64,000 nt of DNA from Phoronis australis (taxonomy: Eukaryota; Animalia; Phoronida): positions 366,920 through 430,919 of the forward strand of contig NMRA01000368.1 in NCBI GenBank assembly GCA_002633005.1, given 5' to 3'. The position numbers and the translations under genes were made by a program. Shown here piece after piece: positions 42,501 to 54,337 of the stretch; position 1 is the first letter of the stretch, and each line of letters opens with the position of its first letter. Below the pieces are notes generated by a model. That model ran no database searches, was not told the origin of the DNA, and saw only the letters and a list, made by a program, of their open reading frames with translations.

Positions 42501-45500
42501 AACACTTGAATGAATGTATAAAAAATGATAACACGAAAGTACATTTTGTCGCTATTTTTGATGGAAATACAGAAATTTTTCACTTCGGAATCTTTTTCAA
42601 TTAACTACACAATTTGAAATTCAATTCTCTCAACTGTTATAAAAAAATTTTGTGTCATTGTCTACATTGTTTGTACTCTGCACGTGATATAAAGCAATAA
42701 AAATGTTTCGCCAATTTACAACAAGGTAATTATTTTTATGCAAAAGTTCTGACACTCCTATGTTCTCAGTGTTTTTTTTTTATTTTTTTAATTTTTAATG
42801 CAATGGCTAATTTTCCACCAAGTTTGTCTTAATTTATCAAAATGAGTTTCCATAATGTCTTGGTGTAAAATGAGATTGTGTGATTTCAAATTATAAAAAT
42901 TGTATGGTTTCAACTCCAGACAACAGCGGTTTCTAAATCGAGGCTAATCCAGACATCAATCTAGCATATTGCTATGCATTCCCAGGCCCCATTGTTCACA
43001 GGCCTTAAGTATCTATCACTGACAGTAGCTACTAAAGCAAATCATCATTCAATCGAAATCATATGCTTCTATTTTTGGCTAATTTTTATCATATTTCTTC
43101 ACATAAAAATGATCCTTTCTTAACCAGAAGCTAAAAAGTTAAAAAAATCACCTGCAGTTATAGTCCACAATATATGAATTTGTTTCACTCAGTGTTTTAA
43201 TGCTGTGAAATATCTAGTGCAGTATTGCTTTACTCCTCTCAGTAGGACCCTACATCAGATTCCATTATAAATAGTCCGAAAATTGTAAAGATTTTTTGAT
43301 GATTTACATGTCAAGTTTCTAATGGTACCTGGAAGTTGTAGATCAATTTATGGATGATTCTTTTTTGCTATTTTACTATTTTCCATTTAATGGCAGCTTC
43401 ATGAGAAATGATGTTCCTAATAACAAGCCAACTGGTATAATGCTGTCATTCTTATGAAAAAACAATTTTTATTTGTGTAGCTCATTTAATTTTATTTGTG
43501 GTTTTATCGTCCGAATTTCGTTCATATAGGTGTCAGATGATGAAGATGGGAAGACAGAGTTTGACAAAGAAGAAGAAAATATTGGCAACACATATAGTGA
43601 CACATTGCCCAGTGTCGGTCCTCCAGAAATATTAAAGGTACAGTCGTAAGGTTATGTAAATGTCTTGCCCAAAAGCTAATTTAAAAAACTGGTTTAGGGA
43701 ACTGTATTCATTTAAACACTCGCCAATCTGTGATAACTGAAATATTGACAAACGGTATACTGTTGTAAATAATAGGTATTAGAGAGACAATGACGCCTTT
43801 CCATTTTCGGAATGGTTGGATATATTCTGGGCCATAAAGTTGTCATTTTTATGGTATTAATTAAATCCCTTAGAAATGTACTGTTTACACTTTCTGTTGC
43901 TCTGGTATGAGAAGGTGACAATTTGCTTTTTTTGTTTTTCCACTTCGTTTCTGCACATCTGTGAGTCTGAACACATCAGCGCAATGCCAGACACCTCACA
44001 GGATTTGTGAGAGGGAGACATTACCTATTTCTGTGCACCCATGAATCTGATCGCATAAGGTTCTAAAGTTCAGGCCGTGTGAAAGTGACATCCCCTTTTT
44101 GTACTCTTTCATTTTCTTTTCAGTACATCCGTGAGTCTGATCGCATCGATATAGCACCTGACAGTTCCACCCAATCATTTGAAGGAGACAGCTCATCAAG
44201 CGTGACTGGCGTCTGCGAGTTTTGCAAACAGCCAATCAAACCTTTCCCGACACTAGAGCAGCAGGAGACACTTCCCCCAGAACAACTATACTGCTGTGAG
44301 GAGTACAGGAACTTTGTTCACTTTGCCCTCAATATTCCTACAGATGACCTGTTGAAGCAGGATTATAAGATTGACATCAAACCACACGCTCATTATGGCA
44401 GTAAACAGGCGAGAAGGATAGCAAAGGAAAGGGCCACAATGAGGTATAGTGGTGACTCCAATGTTTATCTGTTATGAGATCCATCATTCTTTATATTGAA
44501 GGAAACTTGAAGTTAAGTGGCTATAAACCCATCTTCTATCACAAAAACTAACTTAGATTTCGGCTATTTACTGTTGTGAATTTGGTCTCAAACTGTTCCT
44601 TAGTCAAACTGGAGATCATTTTTGGACTTTTAAAGAACTTGTCTGCTAGATTGATATTGCTCGAGACCAGGCTCTGTAAGTTGGCTTGTCACTGTGGGTT
44701 ATTTTATGGGCCATGGATGATCTTAAGGAAATTAAAGTGTCAGCTCTTTGCAAACCCCGAAATCACTTCCCATCTGAGTGCAGTTGTGACCAGTTTTATA
44801 GAGAACCTGGTCTACATCAAGAGTTTGTTTCTTGGACAGAATGCGAGTTTTAATGTTGATGTAGACATTTGGTTTTAAATTTTGATAGTCTTCAACATTA
44901 ACATATTTGGATGATTCTGTATTTGTGTCTACATTGTATTCAATTACCTGTGTGAATGTGTAATGTTTGTATTGTGTTTGTGCTTGTGTGTGCGTGTCTT
45001 CGTTTGTGTGTTGGCGGGCTGTGTTAGCATAGGATCAACTTGGAAGTGTAGTATATGTTATTATCTAGCCACAGAAAATACCTATATCATAGAATACCAA
45101 GTGGACACTGTGACAATACCTACTATTGTCTTCGTACATCTTCATAATTTGGGTATTGTTTGGCACATGACCACCTGTTGTGAACATTGGCTAGCTGTTT
45201 GATATCTTTCCATGGTGTCAGGAGTAGGACAGACACTCGAGTGTGTTCCCTCATTCCGGTTTAATCTTACAGTTTGTACAACGTTAGTGACAATCATTTG
45301 TGTGTCTATTTCAGGTTGCGAGAGCGTGAATTGATGCGCCAACAGCAAGCAGTAGCAGCAGGCATGCCAACACAACAATCAGCATTTTACAATTGTAAGT
45401 TGAACTCACTACTTTATCATAGACTGTACAGCTAAGGAAATTCCAGTACCGTTTTCTTGCCACAGTTGATCTTGTGATCTCAATCCTGTGCGGTACATGT

Positions 45501-48500
45501 AACGTGTGCATGGCAACGTGTTGTTTTCAAATCTTTGATGACCTGTCATCATTGGAAGTCTCGCGTAGTGTCATGTGGTGCAGTATTACTCTTTTAATCA
45601 TTAACTTGTCATGCACATTACATTCTGTTGGATATGCAATCAATTAACCTTAATCAGCTAGTTTTACTGAAAAATAGATGGCTTATGGATCAGTTTTGAT
45701 AGCTTTTTAAGTTTTGTAGTTGTCAAAGATGTGTTCAAACTTCATGTAAAAACTACTGTGATTCAATGCTTTTTTCACTTCGTCCAATCACAATTCAGGT
45801 TAAAGGTCAGGTTGCATGTTCCTCTCTTTCTGGCCCTTGTCAGAATGTCGGAGGGTAATATACCACTGTTGTGCCCGCATGCTCACTAAATTTTAACGTG
45901 GTATTTAACAAATTTAGTGGATCAGGTTTGGCAAATAAGACTGCTGAAATCACATCAAACTGAATTTTTGTATTTTATACCTTAAAACTAGTCTGATACA
46001 GAAATTCCCAAGATGGCATATCCTTGCATTATCTAAAAAATATTGCAAAAAAAAACAATCTGAGGAGCTGGAAAAAACCTGTTCCGCAAGTATTGTAAAA
46101 GAATGGAAAGACACATGGTTTAGGAAATTTTTGTACCTATATCAAAGATCACAATTCATTTTAGCTGTTTTATTCAACTCGCATCAGAACCTTTGAAGAT
46201 GATGAATAACGTTATCAACAAGTGTGTGCATTTTGTCAAATATTTGCACAACTATTGACTTCATCTTAGTAAAAAGTACGTAATCTATGGCATTAGAAAT
46301 CATCTAGAAGTTAATTTTGGACATTTTGCAAATTATTCTGATATTGATTAGATCATGTGACTGTTTCTGTTTACTAAAAGTTAACAAATAACATACATTT
46401 CATAGGTTAGCAATGTACAGTATCATGGTCATTTTTTGTAAATAGTGAAGAAGAATTCACAAAAACATCGTCAGTTCTGTAAAACTATTGTTTCACATCC
46501 CATGTTTTGCACTTTTATAGCTTCACCTTACATAAAAATGAAGCGTTTCAAAATCACCAAGATTGTATAGATCATAGTGCCTGAAAGTTGGTTTGAATGT
46601 GACCAGAAATTTCTTAGATAAAATGTTACCTAGTTTTCCAAAATTTTGACAGTTTATCATGGCTAGTCATAACCTCAGTTAAAGGTGTATTTGCATGCTT
46701 CTAACTGTGCTAAGGTATACCAGGAACTCAAGGGTAATGTTACTTTAACATATTATCCTAGTAGATAACCAATAAGATGCAACTGTATTCATAGATAATT
46801 TGTAAATGTAAAAACATAAAATTTCTTCAAATTAATGACCGTTACACGTGTCATTCTCCAACAGCACATCGCAATACTTACTGAATATGGTTCAGTGAAT
46901 CATGACAGATCATTTTCACTCCGAAAGTCATTCTTAAAAAAACATTTAGCAACTTACACGCCAATTTTTATTCACATCATCACAATACGTTGTATTTGAC
47001 CGAATTATCAGATATAATGATAAGCTGACATTCCACGAAAAAACTAAACTCCTACATTTTCTGACTATAGACTAGCTGCATTTAGAATTTGATTTTGACA
47101 TTTTACCAATGTGACATTTTTGGTCACATGACCATGACTTTTTAGTAAGGCAAGGCGCATTCATCGCAAAACAACAGTATCAATATATGATGATCAAATT
47201 TTATTTGATATAAGTATTCAAGAAGAGATCTCAAAAATGCAGTTTTCGGAAAACAGTGCATAAAGCATAGTATTTGAGAGTTTCATATGAATTCAATCGG
47301 CCATTTCTGATGATGTTCCAATGTTAAGTAAATTTGGACATTTTTATAGGGTCTTTTAATTTGTTATCTTCAATGCCAGCAGACTTTAACATTTGGACTA
47401 GCTTATGTGTTGCAAACAACTTCTGTTTACTGAAATTCCAATCAATCTCTACTGTGCATTGTGATATTAGTAAGAAAGTAGAAAAATCAGTAACAAACAA
47501 ATTACAGGACTTTTTTCTGAATCAAATTTGTCTTACAACATTGTTATCTTATATATCTAAGAATTCGTTAATATGTCTCATTCACTTTGCACTGGCACCT
47601 TGTTACCTCAAATCCTTTGGCTTGTCAAAAACTCTGTCACAACTTGGAAAGTCCAAGGTGCATTAAATTTTATCCATTTTAAGTTAAAACAAATACTAGA
47701 CAAAAAATCTCATCTAATGGTATTCATTTTGGTGTTGCATGTTACACATGTAGACTTGCCTTTCACTCAATAGTCGGCGGGATTCTCAGCAAACTTTTCA
47801 CATTGATAGCCTTTTAATGCCTTTTAATGATGTCATAATGTCATGATTTTGCTCTAGCAGTATTTTTATAATGTTTATTGGGATCAGATGTATATTTTGA
47901 CTTGAAAAATATTACTCATCATGTAATGTCCATTTTGCTTGTCTTTTGAATTGTGGTATTCTGTTTATTTGCTGTTTTTAACATGACTTTTTCAATCCAG
48001 CAAGATCGAATTCAATAGTTTGGTCTCCTTATGGTGGTAACTTAAGTGTATTAAATAGTTTATTCACTGACACGTTATGTTGTGTTATATGTTACAGCAT
48101 TAGTCTGTTACGTTACAGCAATTAGTGTAGTGTATGTCATTCTTCAAAATTCATAATTCGTGGTCAGATTGTTTTTCTGCATGCTTGATTCTAGTTGATT
48201 ATTCAGCTTAATTTATTGGTTAAACTTACAGTCATATATTGTGAATGAAATAGATTTTAGTTTTACATTCAGTTTCTGTTAAAATTGTAGAAATTGTCTG
48301 ATAACTTTAAGTTAACCTTGCTTTCAACTTAATTGATCGAGAACCTTTTACTTGCACTTTGAGACAAACCAAGGCAATATTTTTCAATATTTTTTCTGAC
48401 TGTTCCAAGGTGTGCTTTCTTATGAGAGAAGTTATTCTTCAACTTAGCTATCTGTAAAACACCTGCCCAGGTGACCTTTTTACGGAGAGCAAAAATCAAT

Positions 48501-51500
48501 GCTTACATTCACATCCCAGAGCTGTAGAGTTGGAGGATAGGAATCCTACTGTTCAGGAAGTGTCAGGAAGTGTCGCATAGTGAAGGGAAGAGGTGAAAAA
48601 AATGAAACAGGATACAATAGCCAATATTTCTATTATAATTAATATAAAAGTAATAAAAAGCCAGTGACATTTGGACAGCTGCAATTGGTGTAGAGTCTCA
48701 GGGTTGGCTTTCTTCTCTAACGTGCATTATAACAGTACACCATGAATGTTATCTGTCATGACCTGTTTCCATGATTTTCTTTCTCAATATCGCACTCTTC
48801 TTTTCTAGTTGCCAAGCAGATGAAGACCATCAACTACCAGCTGTCGTCACAGAAATGCCAAGATGAAGGCTGGACCCACCGAGTGCCAACCCCGGCAGAA
48901 GAGCGAGAGCCCGAACCGCAGGCATTCGCAGTTGAGCCCATGGATTGGCCTGGACCAGAAGAGGATGAATTGGGTCAAGACCCATTGGCTTATGATGCCT
49001 TGGGAAGAAAAGTATGTGCTTATTTATATTTCCATCCACCCACGAGCGATTTTGTGGTCACATATGGTCAACTTCCCTTCTGTTTATCTGTCATTCTCTT
49101 CCTTTGCTTGTCAACTGATTATCACAGACACTTCTTGATTGATCTTGTTGAAATTTGACTCAAAAGTTATATGGCGAAGATGCGCTGATGCCTCTCATTT
49201 TTCTGATGGATTCCATTACCATGTCACCCCATGTTAGCCATTTTAGTTTCCAACAAGAAATTTCATGTCTATAATATGTATTCATGTATATTACCGAAAC
49301 TAGACACAGAAGTGGGAAGGTGCTGCCATCAGTCCAGCTTCAGACAGATTTGACAACTGTTGCATCTGCTGTTGGTCATTTTAGTTTTTGAGTAAGAAAC
49401 TTCTTGTTGATCAATTTTTGGCAAAACGACTTGGACAAATTTGTCGCAAATTAAATAGATGTATGTGGTAGGAATGCATCATCAGTCGCATTTCAGACGA
49501 AATTGGCTCTATCCTAGCACACCCTGTTGGCAATTTGAAGTCTCAACTAGATTTTCCCTGTCCATCAATTGTTGTCCCAACGGCTTGGAATATTTTTATG
49601 AAACTTTAGTGATACAAGGGCTTATTGCTGGGATACCCCGGCACCAGTCCTTTATGGACAAAATTGATTTTAGTACATGTAGCACTCCTGTTTGCCGTTT
49701 TAGTTTTCAGTAGGATTTTCTTTGCTCGTTGATGACTTATAATTAGTAAGCTTAGGGTTTGGTACGAATATTGAAATATCCATATGATTCCAATACCGAT
49801 ACTGTCAATCCAGTACTGATACTGGCTCCATACTGATACACTTAATATCATTAAACAAAACTTACAAACTCTATATGTTTGGTGTTTAACTGATTTTAGC
49901 AATATTTTTTTGGTTCTGGAGTGTAGGACCTGTGGTACTCTTGGTGCACGGCTGCATAAAAATGACATTCACTTGTTAACAGCTAGCTGGCTTCACTTGC
50001 CAAGAATTTGTTAAGTGAGAGTAGCCAAGTTAGTGTCACTAGAAGCCTACCATTTGCAAGGCAGTTGTTGGTGGATTTCAGCACATTGCAGTGCTCTTCA
50101 TGTGCGTAGTGGTTTTTAAGACAGAATCAAATCTGATTCAACAAACAGTTAACATTCAACTCTAGGTGTGACCACTTCATTGTTGTGTTTAATGAGTGAA
50201 TGTGTCCTCCTTTTCCAGATTTTCGTGCGTAATATAATTGAACGTTATTATGACAATGGAAGCAAGTTCCTGACTGTTTTTCCTGATGGAACTGGGCATG
50301 TTTTGTATCCTTTTGCTGTATTCATAATGAAATTGCTCTTGAATCATGTATGGTACCATTATCCTAGTAGTCATAAGTGTTTCCATTTTAAAAAGGGAAT
50401 TTCCACTGTGCCTAAAAAGTTGAAGATTTTTTCTGTGCTTAGATTTGCACCATTGACTTTCCAGGCAGTGGACATTACCTTTTTAAAATGGAAAAAGAAA
50501 TTAATGCTGCATCTGCCTTGTACCATTTCCTCACAAACCCAGTGTGTTGACTTTGAGCTCTTGTTTCACCTACATTTCACCTGTTCATCTCAAGTCAATG
50601 TCATTGCAAGTCAAGCTACCATCTGTCAAACAAGAATATTTAGTTATAATTATTCCTTGACGCATGTTCAGCTATCCTTCTGGTAACATAGCCATATCCA
50701 TCTCCTCGGTTGCACGTGGCCAGTTCAGATACGTGGTGCTAGACGACTCTACTGAGAAAAGGGTTGTCATTCTGGCTATGTTTGAGCCATCTGGAATTGG
50801 CACCTGCAATTATAAAAAGGGCGGGGCTCCCAGGTAAGTCAACTGCTATGATAGTTCTTCACCTGGCATTTAGCACACAAGAGCAATTTTATTTTATGCC
50901 AAGAAGAATAAGATTCAAGGACTTTTGCTAGTAATTAGCTTTATTAGTACTATGTAGTCATTAACATAAAAGTTTCCATAGTTTGCAACAGAGTTATCAG
51001 CATTTGAAAAATATGGAGATGTCAATTTTGGCAATTAGAGTTGTGCAAATCAACTGAATTAGAATTACAGTGCTGCTGTATACAGTCCTGTTTAGCTGGC
51101 TAAGAATGAAAATCGAATTAGGCGTTTTACTTTCATAAAAGTGGGTATCATATTAGCATGATAGGATGCTATATATGTTACCAACAAGAACATCAAAAGC
51201 ATCAGCAGCTCAAGATAATGGTTCAGAGTTTGTTGGGGTCGGCCAACCCTAAAATTTGAAACTGGCTCATGTGCGCATTGCCTCTGAACTGGAGTTGGTT
51301 ACGGTAAGGAATAGTATGAAACAGATTTTATGAAAGTAAAAAGCGTAATTTGATTTTCATTTACTATTCTGCCCAGCTAAACGGGGCAAAATTGTGCTTC
51401 ATTCTAGCTGGTGTATATCTCATAGTTCTTTCCCTTATTGTCGGACTTTATCAATACAATAATACAGCCTTATGTTGAATGCTTTCAAGCACATTTGAAT

Positions 51501-52684
51501 AAATGAAAACAAACCACGTTCCCCTTTCAGGCTGTACTTTGATCAGCTAGGTGGTGTTGAGCTCGACCACGAGGGGAGTCAAAAAAAGAAGTGGCATTGG
51601 CGAGACAAGGCGCACCACGTGCATGCTCCACCCTTTCAGCCCATCTGTATGTCGATGAACAAATATATCAGCCTTCGCGTTATGTCACAGGAAAACATTG
51701 CCATGCAGTTTATGACGAAGCGACGCAGCTGCCGGTTCAATGTCGGTGTCCGTTTGAAGGTCAGTGGAAATTCAGTAAAAATTTGATTACTATCACAGTA
51801 CAGTGGAAAAGTGGAATAAGTATATTTGTGTCAAGTTGCTATGAAAATGAGTTGCGAAAAATCAGTTTCGTTTCTTTGTGATTAATGCTTTTGAAAAACA
51901 AAATGACAATTTTGGCAATCATTTATACTCAAAACTGACAAATCTTTAAAGTTAAGATCAAAGTTAGATTGACATTAATCAATGTTCCTTCAAGAAAATG
52001 TTGCTGTCTGCTCTAAGTAATGGATCTTTGTCTGTTTTCAGCTTGTCAACTCAAAGTACTTGCCAATAGAAGAGGTTGATGACAATAAACTATATATACA
52101 AGAAAAACTGACAACAATAGAGTAAGTAATGTATCCTAATATGGCGAGAGATGAAATCCCCGAATTGTGTGTACAAGTTATTGGCAGATTGATGAAAAAC
52201 ATAAGAAGGCGGTGGTGTATTGTATATGTATAACAACATCTCTCAGGTTCTTTGGACACTGTGGTCGGACCCCTCATGATAACTTTTTGATATAATAGTG
52301 ACTTGAAGAGACAGGCAGCTACCCGTCACTCAATGTTTCCAGTAATTGAGGTCATTCACAGCAATTTCCGATGTCTTTGAAAAATGAAAAAGATCAAGGA
52401 ATTAGATCGATTTTGGCAATAATTGTTTCTGTTCAAAATTGGTGGCATTTTACAGATAGTAAGTTTAAATTCCTATTCCTTGTTGCAGGGCCATGATGGA
52501 TAAGATTGCCAACATGTTGAGGTACCCTCGGTCCACCAAGGTCACCAAGATCAAGCCTCCGCTCTACCTCACAAGCAAGGCAGAGAAAAACGAGAGGTTG
52601 GCTGAGAAGTCAAAACGGCAAAAGGAAGAGGCAGCAGAAAGACAAAAGAATGCCAACTACAAACCCATTGTTTTGGTCACATGA
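39517..52684 (+). CDS. ERICH6: Glutamate-rich protein 6-like (FAM194 domain), ~726-751 aa
   Basis: Exons 39517-39859, 40894-41064, 41585-41653, 42365-42498, (43246-43284), 43530-43637, 44124-44443, 45315-45394, (48001-48036), 48809-49011, 50219-50304, 50672-50833, 51531-51759, 52042-52121, 52489-52684; phases consistent. Acidic N-terminus, LPSVGPPEILKYIRES, CEFC...LYCC, KTINYQLSSQKCQDEGWT, and the FAM194 core [27 protein letters not shown]...GGVELD...WHW...HVHAPPFQPI...FNVG. Confidence 0.85.
40535..40640 (+). mobile_element. Degenerate tRNA-derived SINE fragment
   Basis: B-box-like ggctttgagcccc followed by ggacccttgagtcagatc, resembling the gtgtccttgagcaagac central SINE motif. Confidence 0.35.
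50305..50671 (+). other. U12-type (minor spliceosome) GT-AG intron
   Basis: Donor |GTATCCTTT; branch site TTCCTTGAC at 50653-50661, about 11 nt from the AG; no polypyrimidine tract. Splicing restores [11 protein letters not shown]. Confidence 0.9.
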
Positions 52685-52709
52685 TGGTCACATGATGGTC
52701 ACATGATGG
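52675..52709 (+). repeat. (GGTCACATGAT)x3 overlapping the stop codon
   Basis: ggtcacatgatggtcacatgatggtcacatgatgg; TGA at 52682-52684 lies in unit 1. Confidence 0.9.
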
Positions 52710-54203
52710 CAATGCAATATCCGTTGCTGAAAATAGTCTTGTCTTGATCAACTGGGTTTAATAGATACGATTCTCTAATTGATATTTTCTATTGTTTTAG
52801 TGATTTATTATTTTTATTTAGGGTTCTGTTTTCGTTAGTGAAAAGTAGAACATTTTGTATGTTTTGTCAACAACATATTTTCTAGTTTTGCACTTATTTC
52901 ATTAAGCACATAGTTTGAAACTGAACAGATTCATAAAGAAGGATATGCTTCAGGGTGTTAAATGCTCTCGCACAACTAAAGCATTTGAAGATACTAACTC
53001 CATCTTTTGGTTGTTCTTAGTGACCATTCTATGCAGGAGTGAATTCAAGTTAATTGTCTATTGGCTTGTTTCATGAAGGGTGACTATAGTCTTAAGTCAG
53101 ACTTGTTGTCTAACATTCCTCAAAACACAACAAAATACAAAGACTGTTACCATATACCCAAAGTTCCTAATAAATCAGATAATTTGTGAATAATCCTTAA
53201 CTATGATGTTCTAACATTTACATTCTATATTACTTTATTTAGTACGAAGACATTGGTAATTAGAAAGAAGGTTGTGTAACACTAAATTTCTTGAGTCATG
53301 GCACGGGCCCCAGAGTTTACCCAGTCAGTCATTTTTAAAAATGGCCGCTGGATGTTGCCAAAACATTAAAGGTCATCAATATATCTTGGCCAATTGATAA
53401 CTGATAACCATTATCATAAACGCTTTCATTGTCATCCCATCTGCTCCAATTGTATGATGTATAATGCCTTCAGGTGTACGTCCTTCTGCTAAATTGTATA
53501 TTTTGATCAATGTATTTTGATGGCTTGTGATGACAATTAATCTTTATGTTTGATAAGAATGGATTTTTTTCCATGATGCTGCTGATTATTATCCCTAGGT
53601 TTAGCTGTATTTACGTCTATCTATGCAATGTCCATTTCTTCCATCATTTTCTGTATAAGGTTAAAAGTTCTTTGCACGATCATCTTGTGCTGTTCTTGTA
53701 CACCCCAGTGTTCACAAACAAAAAGTGTCTGTCTGCCTCATTTCTCAATGTTTTGTACCTCTATTTCCTAGAGTCCCAAGCAGAACTAAATTAGATCAAG
53801 TCAAAGCTGTAAATTCCAACATCAGCAAAGCAAGTTAGCTATGAAGCACTCGTTGAGCTCCATTCATCCGCAGTTTTATCACGTTTAATTTGGAAAGCCA
53901 ACACTCTGTGATGGAGTAGAAAAACAAAGGGCGTTGCCCCCAAAATGTGAATGAAAACAGTGAAAGATGGCACTCTATGTGGCTTTAAGGTAATTTCTGT
54001 AGTCAACTTTGGGGATCATTTACCCTCATTCTGTCACATTATTGTAGATGTAGGTAGTTATTTGATAGTTTCATAGTCATGAAGTTCCCAGACCCATGTT
54101 TAGGTATTGCCCAATGTGATTTTTGTGTTGTGAGATTTTATATTACATTCTGTCCTTAATAACAAGGGCTCAATGTTGCTGTAACAGACAATCGAATTAT
54201 ATT

Positions 54204-54337
54204 CACTCGCGTAGCCATGGAGGCACAATGGGTCCATTCCCACCCCCCTCCCCCTATTTATTGCCACTCATCCCCCCTCACCCCTCACCAGTCGTTTGCC
54301 TCCCCCAAATTAGTGAATACTTTTGGCTACACCAGTG
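54204..54337. mobile_element. hAT-type MITE
   Basis: TIRs cactcgcgtagcca / tggctacaccagtg; 8-bp flanks attatatt / attatact (7/8 match). Confidence 0.75.
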
